Origin: Antedon mediterranea
Taxonomy: Eukaryota; Animalia; Echinodermata
Direction: 5' to 3'
NCBI RefSeq assembly: GCF_964355755.1
Contig: NC_092676.1
Location: 28,538,871 to 28,602,870 of the forward strand
DNA: 64,000 nt
The translations under genes were made by a program, and so were the position numbers. Below the pieces are notes generated by a model. That model made no database searches. It was not told where the DNA came from and saw only the letters and a program-made list of their open reading frames with translations. Position 1 is the first letter of the stretch. Every line of letters begins with the position of its first letter. Of this stretch, positions 51,779-64,000 are shown piece after piece.

Positions 51779-54700
51779 ATGGCGAATTTGACGGTTGCTC
51801 GAAATTTATGCTGCCGGGTGACGGTTTGTAGTAAGTAAAACGGCAGTCAGTTTCAATATTATTAATCTAATCAACCATATCGTAGGGTGAAAATTATCAA
51901 AAAATTATATTTGGTAAGGTAGAGATCCGGCTAGGCTAGGCCTAGGCTAGTAGTAGTAGTAGTAGTAGTAGGCTACCGGCTAGCCTAGGCCCTACTAGGC
52001 CTAGCTAGTAAGTAGCTACCTAGGAGAGCTAGCTAGGACCTACCAGCCTAGGGCTAGTGTTAGGCCTAGCTAGCCTATACTGGGAAAGCCATTCAGCCAG
52101 AAGAAGCTAGCCTACCCTAAGCCTATTTCTTCTTGTGTTTGCCTAGGCCTAGGCTAGCAATCACCTCATCATCATGATTAAATTAAATCGGTCCTTTCTT
52201 TTTATGAAAATTCTTTTTTTTAGATAAAATATCAAATTGTGTTGCCGGTGTTACGGTTGTGAGCCAGCGAAATGCAGGAACATACAATCCATCAGTTGTG
52301 CCGAGAGGTAGAGGTGGCCGTTCATCATTTAGTGGAATGTCCGTGGCTGTATTTGGAGCAAGTGGGTTTGTCGGCAGATATCTTGTAAACAGGCTAGGTA
52401 AAATTCTTTCTATCCTATTAATTATAGTGTTGAAAAGTTTAAATTTATTATCAAAACTGACACTATACACTTACAATTGTGAATGAACTTCAGAGTGACA
52501 ACAACCCATTGGTTTTTTTTTTTCAGGTAAAGAAGGAAGCCAAATTATAATTCCTCACCGCTGCGATCCTTATTATGTGCAACATATGAAATTAATGGGT
52601 GATTTGGGACAAATTAATTTCCAGGTAATAACATAACATAGCACCATTATGATGAATCTATCCTGGGGTGAGGATGTCCTCAGATTTGGAATATTATGCA
52701 AAACGGCCCGTGCTACTAGAATATGCCTCCTAATTCTGGTTTCTTATACCTAGACCTTAGACCTATGTTGCTGACCCGTAATTGAATCATGATATGCTCA
52801 ATGAAGATATTAAACAATTTCTGTCTTTGCTTTTCATAGGAGTACACAGTAAAGGAGACAGAACGTATACGAGATATAGTAAAACATTGTAACATTGTCA
52901 TTAATTTACTAGGACAAGACTATGAAACAAGGTGAGATTGTAATGCATAGGTGTGTGGTACCCCTGATAATAAGTATACAGTATCATGAATTGCTCTCAT
53001 GTGTACCTAGAATGCCTTTCACACTATAGAAGGTTTCCTGTTGTTTCTGATCTGGTCCCTTCCAGTTGATTTGAGTGCAGCTTCTAAAGCTCTGTCTACA
53101 CTATTAAACTTTATGTGATAATAAAATGTGATGTGCCCATTTATGGATATGATGAATGATGTCATAGCACTACCATATTGGGCATATCACCACCATATTC
53201 GGGCATATCACCACCATATTTGGGCACTTCAAACTAGTTTGATAGTGCAGACAGAGCTTTAGCCTTTATCTTTTATTTTTAGAAACTTTCATTTTGAGGA
53301 TATCCACATCAACGTAGCTGGAACGTTGGCCAAGATCTGCAAGGAAGAGGGCGTTGGTAGGCTCATTCACCTCTCGGCGCTATCTGCAGACATCACCTCA
53401 CCATCAAAATTTCTCAGAACTAAAGTAAGTACTGGCTGCAATTTTGACATTTTTTCTTCAGAGAACATAAGATAATGTACATTGATATGTGCACAATAAA
53501 AACATACACAAATTAGGATGCCCAGCTGTATAAATGGGACTAACCCATGTGTGACTATAATCAAATGAGGTTCTGCACAGTACACAAAGATGATGATACA
53601 CTATATTGTGGTAATCTATTGTGCCTAATTGTTTATTTTATTCAATCCAGGCTGCGGGAGAGACCGTCGTAAGAAGAGAATTCCCAGAAGCCATTATTAT
53701 AAAACCAGCTCAAATTTATGGCTCTGAAGACAGATACTTTAATCATTTTGCAAGTATGTCATGAATTATGTTTTTTTTACTTAATGTCACATACAGAGGA
53801 CGTCAGCTGTGAAAAAAACCTTTATAAAGAATAGGCTGTGATATAAAACATTATTATGATGACATTTTGTTATAGATCAGAGATTTGCTGGTGGCGTACC
53901 TCTTTATTTTTCTGCATGGAAATCTGTTAAAAGACCAGTGTTTGTAAGTAACTTATTGCATATTTTATGTCAAAATTAAACTGAGAAAAGAAACTACATC
54001 AAACAGCCACCTAGTAGAAATCTGCTATATGAGAGGAATAGCCTCACTCACAGGGCAAAGGCCCCTGGTTAGTACTCCTAAGGGGCCGTCCAACGCTGGG
54101 TAGTTGGACTGGGACATTGCACTGCTCTGGGGCGCCTTAAGCTCTAGGGTCCCTCAGTTTATTAGCCAGTGAGCTGTTATGCCACTGCTCACTCAAAATG
54201 CATTGAATTATTTTCAGGTGACAGATGTTGCTCAAGGTATCTTGATGGCATGCAAAGAAAAAGATGCTGAAGGAAAAACATATGAATTCTACGGGTAAGC
54301 TTGCATAGTGTGTGTAGTTAGTAGCCGAGCTCCGGAGATTAAAGGGTTTATCTGAGGCTGCGACACGATTAGTTCCACGTCCCTTAACATACACTGCGCG
54401 CCACGGAGAATATGTATACATAGTACAGTACTGTTGGTATTTGCCAGACATAAGATCATACGAGTTCCTATGTTGTGTTGTGAGCTCGGTGTCATGTATG
54501 TTAGATTTCCTTGGGTGCACAAGCTGTGGGTTAGTATTTTTGTTTTCTTTCAGGCCCAAGCCTTACTTCTTGAGTGATGTGATAGAATACATTTACAGAA
54601 TAACGAGGCGGCCATACATTAAGTATCCACTCCCTAAGTTTGTGCTTAAAGGAATAGCAAGAGGATTTGAACTGTACCCTTTCATCCCGTGGTTGACGAG

Positions 54701-54986
54701 AGATATGCTGGAAGTTGTAAGTGACATATGAAGCACTTATTAAACTTATTAGTAAAAGTATGGTTGATATCAAAACATTTTGAAGAAACTAATAATTGTA
54801 TTTGTTAATTTACAGCAACACAGCGCTGAAATCCCGACAGAAGGAGTACCCGGACTTGAGGACCTCGGTATTACACCAAAAACGATGGAAATGAACGCAA
54901 TCATTGGTTTAAGGCGCCATCGTGCTGACGCGTCGTACCATTTTGGAATAGATGATATTGAGCCAGTACCTGTTGCAAAATCATAA
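51779..54986 (+). CDS. NDUFA9: NADH dehydrogenase [ubiquinone] 1 alpha subcomplex subunit 9, mitochondrial
   Basis: Exons 51779-51830, 52224-52397, 52527-52624, 52840-52931, 53283-53424, 53651-53753, 53876-53943, 54218-54294, 54554-54716, 54816-54986, all GT-AG and in phase. Diagnostic motifs: [10 protein letters not shown]...[42 protein letters not shown]. Confidence 0.97.
53088..53258. mobile_element. MITE family A in NDUFA9 intron 4
   Basis: Same TIR. Confidence 0.85.
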
Positions 54987-55224
54987 CATACTATTGCACA
55001 CACAAGTGTACTATTGCATGTTCGGACATTTGAGCGTGATTTTCAACAAGAATGTAAACAAAATATAAAACCAATAACAAATCTTTAATTCACGTTTCTG
55101 TACATAATAATAGTAATTAAAAATGTAAGCAACACACCTGAAATTGATTGAAGTGAACAATAGTATACAATAAAATTGAGAGTTCATTGTTATTGTAGTA
55201 GTGTCTGGTTTGTTTTATTCATAA

Positions 55225-55342
55225 AGCTCTGTTTACACTATCAAAGTTTATGTAGAAATGTGATGTTGTCATTATTATCACTACCATATTTGGGAACATT
55301 ACACTTTTTTTGTCAAACTAGTTTGATAGTGAAGACAGAGCT
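55225..55342. mobile_element. MITE family A between the NDUFA9 and KRR1 stop codons
   Basis: Same TIR; further partial copies at 55900-55964, 57504-57585 and about 59988-60111. Confidence 0.8.
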
Positions 55343-55520
55343 TTATATATCCACTGTTTCTACAATTTACATATTCACTGTTTCTACAATTTCTTTCTAC
55401 TGTGACAGTAGCTTCCATATCAGCTTCTACTTATGAAGACTTCATTGCAAACATGTTTGGAGAAACTCCCTCTGCCAAATACTAGCCACAATCTACACAT
55501 TAGACAAGACGTTCCGTTTG

Positions 55521-58183
<2,663 letters not shown>

Positions 58184-58726
58184 TTATGCAATGCAATAGT
58201 TGTTTATTAAGACATGAATATGCAGCTGGAACACAAAAAAAAAATATGCCAGTCGTTTGGCAAGAAATACAGTCTATATTTAAATATAATAATTAATATA
58301 GTACAGTACTGTATTTAATATAACATATAAATTTTGACTGTATTACATTTTATTTTATTTTTTTTATTTTTAGCAAACACAAAACCAACAACATGGTGAG
58401 TTAGCTTAGCTAACACGAAGTTAATCTAAATCTACAGTCGTTCACTAACTCTAGCTAGGCCCTCGATTAGCTACAGGCTACGTACGGTACGGCTGATGGC
58501 CCCCACCAGACCCAGAGCTCTCTCTACTCTCTCTCTTCTCGTCGCCTCGCTTCTTTTCACCTCACTCTTTCATGAACAAAAGGTAGTTACAACGGGTATG
58601 TTAGACCCAGAAATTAGGCTTAAAAGATGTGTTAGTGGACCTTATATTAGACAGTATACATACTACTACACATAATATAGTGAATGATTACAATTTAAAC
58701 CCAAAAGAAAGCGAAAAAGAACTCAC

Positions 58727-58749
58727 GTCGTTTTAGTGGCAGCTGCCAT
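58727..58749 (-). other. Probable KRR1 first exon segment carrying an upstream ATG (uORF start)
   Basis: aagATGGCAGC followed by AC|gtgagt donor; the next strong acceptor is tttgtgttccag before 58225. Confidence 0.55.
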
Positions 58750-59025
58750 CTTGAAAGGAAGTCGAGAAAAATATTATATCTAGCGCCCTCTACAGGCTAC
58801 ACGTGTTTAAATTGCGCTGCTTGATATAAAAACGGAAACGCGTAGGCCTACCTAGTGAAGACACACGCGCGTGTACGCAGGGCGTTTCTATTAGAGATCT
58901 CTTAGCAACGAAATAAAAACATCCGTTTAATGTCTGTATGTAGTCAATTGTTTAATAAAAGGGACACAGATAGCGCATGGTATTGCACTGCTGGTAGGAG
59001 TTTAATAAATAAAACTTTTATAGCA
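58750..59025. promoter_or_regulatory. Probable divergent promoter between KRR1 and the uncharacterised + strand gene
   Basis: CpG-rich (acacgcgcgtgt, cacgtg); TAGCGCCCTCTA at 58781-58792. Confidence 0.55.
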
Positions 59026-59059
59026 ATGAATGTTCATGGTAGGCATAATTTGTTATGAA

Positions 59060-59853
59060 GTCGGTTGTTCTACTTAAATTTAATAATAATATTAAATTTA
59101 ACAACCTATCGTATGCAGATGACATATGGTGCTTATATCACCTTCTTCATCAGGGTTGCAACATCTCATGATGATGATGATATTGTTTACAATGCTAAGA
59201 AATCATCTTGTATGATAATCTGTCCTAAGTCACGGAGGATTCAATTGAAACCTATTATTACCATTAATGGCAAAAGCTTAGAATATGTTGACTCAACCAC
59301 ATATCTTGGTCATGTTATATCCTTGGATATATGTGATGAGTTTGATATAAAGCGGCAATACAGATCTTTGTGTATCCGAGCCAACTCCTTGGTCAGAAAA
59401 TTTAGTATGTGTTCTATCAATGTGAAATGTGTTTTATTTAGAACATATTGTGTAAATTAAATATGTATTGTGCTACATTATGGTGCAACTATAATCAAGG
59501 TACCTTGCGATCTCTCCGGGTATGCTACAATAATGGTTTAAGAATGTTGTTGCACGGCCTCGACATTGCAGTGCCAGCCTCATGTTTACGGAATGTAGAA
59601 TTCCCTCTTTTTATGAATTGTTAAGAATATCAATATATGGCCTGATGTGTAGACTTAATGCAAGCAAAAATATTTTAATCTCAAACGATTATAAGCAACG
59701 TCTTAGTTAAGTCGAAGATGCTCTCCAGATGGAATGCCATCCTGAGATGAGTAGTAGTAATTTTGTTTATTTTATTTATTTATTTCATTTATATGTAATT
59801 TACTTTCTATGGACCAGAGTTTCCGAAATAAAAGATTGAATGAATGAATGAAT
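59060..59853 (+). mobile_element. 5'-truncated, frameshifted non-LTR retrotransposon (RT C-terminus, RTE-X-like) with (GAAT)n tail
   Basis: YADDM at about 59111, YLGHVIS, DIKRQ..L..RAN.L.RKFSMCS..VK..LF..YC, CSASLMF; AATAAA followed by gaatgaatgaat. Confidence 0.85.
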
Positions 59854-60154
59854 AACATATTTATATCCTACTGTAGGATGGTGGTGAGGAGAATATTAAG
59901 TTTCAAAGAACTTTAATTCATGATTGTACTAGGCATAGGCTAGGCCTAGCACGAACAGTCTCCAACACATAGAGATCTCCAATCGAAAGTTCTGTCACAC
60001 CATCAAACATTGTGACAACAAAATGTGCCCATATATGGAGACGATGGCGTCATATCACTACCTAAATATTTGAGACACTTTTTTTGTCAAACTAGCTTGA
60101 TAGTGTAGACACTATATATTTATACCGTACAGTATATGTTTTTGTTTTAAATAG

Positions 60155-61491
60155 ATACAGATAACGACGTAACTGGGTCTCATTCAAGACTTCAACGAAC
60201 CAAAGTAGAGATCAAACGAAAATGGAAGAAGTCCACCTCCAGGCAGGTTTCACTGGATGAGGACAGGTTGCTGAAAATTACCAGAACGTTTGTGGACGAG
60301 AACACCAAAGTAGCTGCTGTGCCGCCGCCTAATACGCGGACATTTCTGTTCAGAGATAATTGGGGCAAACTAGAACCGTTTACACACAACGAAAAAGAAA
60401 CGTCATTTCAAAAAAGTTCAAATCGAAATGGTATGAACAAAATAAAGAAGGTAGGTTGTTAATATTCTTGCAATGCCTGAATGCAGATTTTTAGTGTGTA
60501 GGCCTACTAGCAAAATGATAAGATATTCCCACTATATTGACTATAAAACCTATGCAGAATATTTTTTGTATTTTGTATTAATATTTGTCCTCAGTGAGGA
60601 AATTTGGATTAGGCCCTCCACGGACCCACGGCAGCCAGCAGTGCAAAAAAAAATAAAAAATAAAATAAAAAAATAAAAAAAAAGAAGAAATAGAAAATAC
60701 ATCAAAATATATAATTTCATTGTTTCATTACAGGAAAGAGAATTCAAATTTCAACCACCGAATAATATACTCGATTTAACACTGTGCAATAATGAGGACA
60801 TTTCTAACGATAATAACAGTAATGAAAGAAAAGGCACACAAGGTTAGTACAAGTGGTGGTCATATATTTTAGAAGTCTTTTTTATATAGGCCTATTTTAT
60901 CGTTTGATTAGTGTTGAAGTCATTGAAACCATAATTACAACTTACAATCTATTTCTAGACCGTAATGTCAGTAGTCAAACTCGCCATCAGAATGGAAATG
61001 ACGTCAATGATCCAAAAAGAGCAGCAAACCACAGAACTGTTGAAGTTAACACAGAGCCAGGACTTGTGATAACAAACATTGTCCATCTAAACGCATATTA
61101 CAGATGTCTTTCGTCACTCTCCAGAACAACGCGTTACAAGAAACGCTATGACAACGCGATTCATAGCGTAAGAAAGGAAAGTAAAAGTTTTCGTACAAAG
61201 TCTCCTTACTGGAACTGGATAAGACATGCTTTGGAAGATACAAAAGCAGACAAGCAGTTTATATGCCAACTGTTGCAATCTGTTAAAGATGGTGACGTTC
61301 GACTATCATCTAATTCTAAATTCCCGGATGTTCGAAAGACAAAATGCGTTTCTAAATTCCAATCGAAACGCGTTTGCTACAATCTCCACGACAACATAGA
61401 GTTGATGTCAGTTGATGATATCCTAGACGCAGAAAGAAGTTGTAAAAGAAAAATTGCCGAACCTGTGCGACCACGTGACACTTCTAAATGA
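60155..61491 (+). CDS. Uncharacterised basic protein, at least 3 exons; 5' exon uncertain (candidate 59026-59038)
   Basis: Exons 60155(or 60161)-60450, 60734-60842 and 60959-61491 join in one frame with GT-AG sites; TGA at 61489; AATAAA near 61586. Confidence 0.75.
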
Positions 61492-62043
61492 CGCGCTGCT
61501 TCTTTATTTTTAGACAAATTGAATAAGATTCTAATATAACAGTAGGCCTATTATTAGCTGAGTAGTGATATGAAGAAACTTTGAAATAAAGCCTGTATTA
61601 ATTTTGATACATCTATCTCTTTGTTGGTGTATCAAATCGTTGTCGTATTACTATTAATTAGTGCACTTTAACGAACAAGATGAGTAACCTTTCCCAGACA
61701 TCCTGACAACGTTGTCCGGTGATTTTATAAAAATTTAAACACGACCAATCTTTTCAATATTTAAATACATATTGTTTTTTTCATGTGGGAATAGTGAAAT
61801 TAAGTTAATTTCACTCTTCATGATACCCGGCACTTTAAAGCCTCTCTTAACAATACAGTATTATCATTTTGTAAACGGTTAATGAACCGGAACAAATATG
61901 CACTAAAGGTTACGTATCAACCAGGAAATAATAATACGACGAGATATATGCATGTTGTATAGCATCGGTGAGTCTAATGTGTTTATGCTAGTCTAGTTAT
62001 CTTACTACAGAGTAGGCCTATACTACGAGAGATAACTACCACC

Positions 62044-64000
62044 ATGTTCAGGAAGACTGAACAGTTGGAAAGAGATCTCCAGCAGGCCTTTAAAGAAGGA
62101 AAGGAAGCAGGATTAGGAGCTGTAGAGATTCAGAGATGTGTACAATCTGTATTTGGTCGTCGTAGGCCTAGAAGGAAGTCGACATCGGCAATTCTGAAAT
62201 GGTGTTTACTTGCTTCTATTATCATGCTGGGTTTAGTTATGTTATTGTGTTTATATTGTGGACCAGTTAAAATGTATCTCAAAAGACACATGCAGTATTT
62301 TGCATACTTAATAAACAGATGTATCAGATTTATGTCTCTCCCACTTTTAAAACAGTTAGGACCAGGTAAGTAACAAGAGTAAGTAAGTGGTAATAATAGT
62401 AGTTCATTTTTATATAGCGCATAAGCAAGCTCTCAATGCGCTGCACATTATTAATACTGTACCCCGGTCATTTTTTTGTAATCAAACACGTATGGAAACA
62501 TACTCGACTTCAATAATATTAATGCAGCTAGTGATCAACGCAAATAAGTTGTGTCCCATTTTATACACCAAAGGTGGAGAGAGACAAATGTAAGTAACAC
62601 ACGTCGGCTGTGGTGAACTACGGGTACAATAACTGACAGTTTAACTCATATCAATAGTGAGACTAATCGTTTTTTTATGATTATTAATATTAAAGGTTTT
62701 TATAAATCCGACTGTCTGATAAGAAATCCGTGGTTCGTGCAAGGGGATGACATCTTCATTGATTGTCGCGGCTGTTCTGACGTAATTGCAATCAAAAGTT
62801 TTCAAAGGTTACATGATTTTACAGAAAGGTTCTTTTATGGTGGAACTCCAATAATAGTCAAAGTAAGTCAGCTTTTATTAATCATTCGATAGCTTACGCT
62901 TGGTTTCCACTAGGACGCAACGCAAAGGCGTACGCACAATGCAAGCGAGTTGACCAATCACAAGCGACAGTTCGGATAACCTATCGCCTGTGATTGGTTA
63001 AATTGCGTACGTTGCGTTTACGTCGCTGCGTTACGCGTACGTCCTAATGGAAACCCAGCTTTATATCTTATTATCGTCATCATTGTCAGAATCGCAAATT
63101 GCCGATTTTGTATGTGAATATCTTTTTTCTAGGATACTGACGTAAGCAATGTTACTTTTGATGATATAAAAACCCGATTTCATAAAGTATTTGGTAGGAA
63201 AGAAAAACATGCAGGAGACGTTCTGAGTAAAGATGATAGATGGAATACCATCAACGAAGTATTTGCAACTGAAGTGAGCAGTAAAGAGTTGTCGGGTTGC
63301 AACATTCAGTGGTAGGTCTATAAGAGATTTGTTTGTTTGAAGTCGGGGAGAGGGTTACCAAAATACTCATTTCGTACGATAATAGACTACCAAGTCTGTA
63401 GTTATTTCAAAGTTTTTCGATCTTTCAAGCTCAAGTGTACACATATGAAACGCCATATGTGCCAACATATTTATCTTTTAACTATATTAAGTCTATATTA
63501 ACTCCGTCTGGAAACCAGACTAGATATGAAAAAGAAGAAAAGTTGTGTCTTACGTCCATTTTTGCCATCACACCTCAGTACTCTTATTTATTGTTATTCT
63601 TTCAGGCATATTGACGAATTACGCGGCCATAACTTTATACGCAATATCACACCTGTCCCGTATTTCTTTCCTATAGAGGAAAGTAATTCAATCGTGAGAG
63701 TGTTGCTTATTGACTCATCCGAACATGTTTACAAATTGGTAATTATGAGGAATGAGGTTATCATTGTTATGTAAGACTTGTAATATAGTATCGTTACCTT
63801 TTAATAATCAACATCCCATCAGCACTACTTTTAATTCAAATCTCGCTTGTTTACTTTACTTTCTCGCAGCCTACTTTACCATTTGACAATGTCTGGCTAA
63901 GTCAAGTCCAGGGATCGAGAAAAATTATCCTCCATCCTAAAGACGCATGTGCACGACAGTGCAAAGTTGTGCAAACAAAAATTGACAGAAGAGAAACATG
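62044..64000 (+). CDS. C6orf89/BRAP-like single-pass membrane protein with a probable cupin-like C-terminus (runs off window)
   Basis: accATG start; exons 62044-62365, 62696-62862, 63133-63311, 63606-63738, 63870->64000, in phase. Transmembrane segment WCLLASIIMLGLVMLLCLY; motifs CLIRNP, C..C..V, P.IVKD, PYFFP, WLSQVQGSRKIILHP..C...C. Confidence 0.7.
62897..63060. mobile_element. Harbinger-like palindromic MITE in intron
   Basis: GCTTGGTTTCCACTAGGACG ... CGTCCTAATGGAAACCCAGCT; internal ccaatcaca/tgtgattgg. Confidence 0.7.

Noticed and set aside
52649-52776. Possible C/D snoRNA (ATGATGA ... CTGA) in NDUFA9 intron 3
   Set aside because: The terminal stem is weak, no rRNA guide is recognisable, and these motifs are common by chance.
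58374-58401. Plus-strand caacATG|gtgagt as first exon of the downstream gene
   Set aside because: Phase 0 gives early stops with the acceptors at 59024, 60155 and 60161.

Overview
AT-rich, intron-rich animal genomic DNA. It is inferred to be an invertebrate, possibly an echinoderm or other deuterostome, and is not prokaryotic. The left 51 kb hold one large minus-strand gene: 13 coding exons, traced by hand with consistent splice phases, encode an F-BAR-like helical region and a C1 zinc finger, resembling invertebrate STAC/Dstac; its 3' end lies left of the window. The right 13 kb are gene-dense: NDUFA9 (+, 10 exons), KRR1 (-, 7 coding exons plus an upstream exon), an uncharacterised + strand gene, and a C6orf89/BRAP-like membrane protein that runs off the right edge. 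Introns carry about 17 copies of a PIF/Harbinger-like MITE, TTAA-flanked Kolobok-like elements, tRNA-derived SINEs, a HINE/DINE-1-like element, a LINE fragment and about 12 minisatellites; most long ORFs in the supplied track are artefacts of these arrays. The most interesting observations are a tRNA-like (anticodon ATC) cassette with direct repeats inside a (TA)n tract, apparent Tc1/mariner excision footprints, an out-of-frame upstream ORF in KRR1, and a convergent CTCF-like motif pair. No clearly new biological system can be demonstrated from sequence alone. All family assignments come from recalled similarity; no database search was run.
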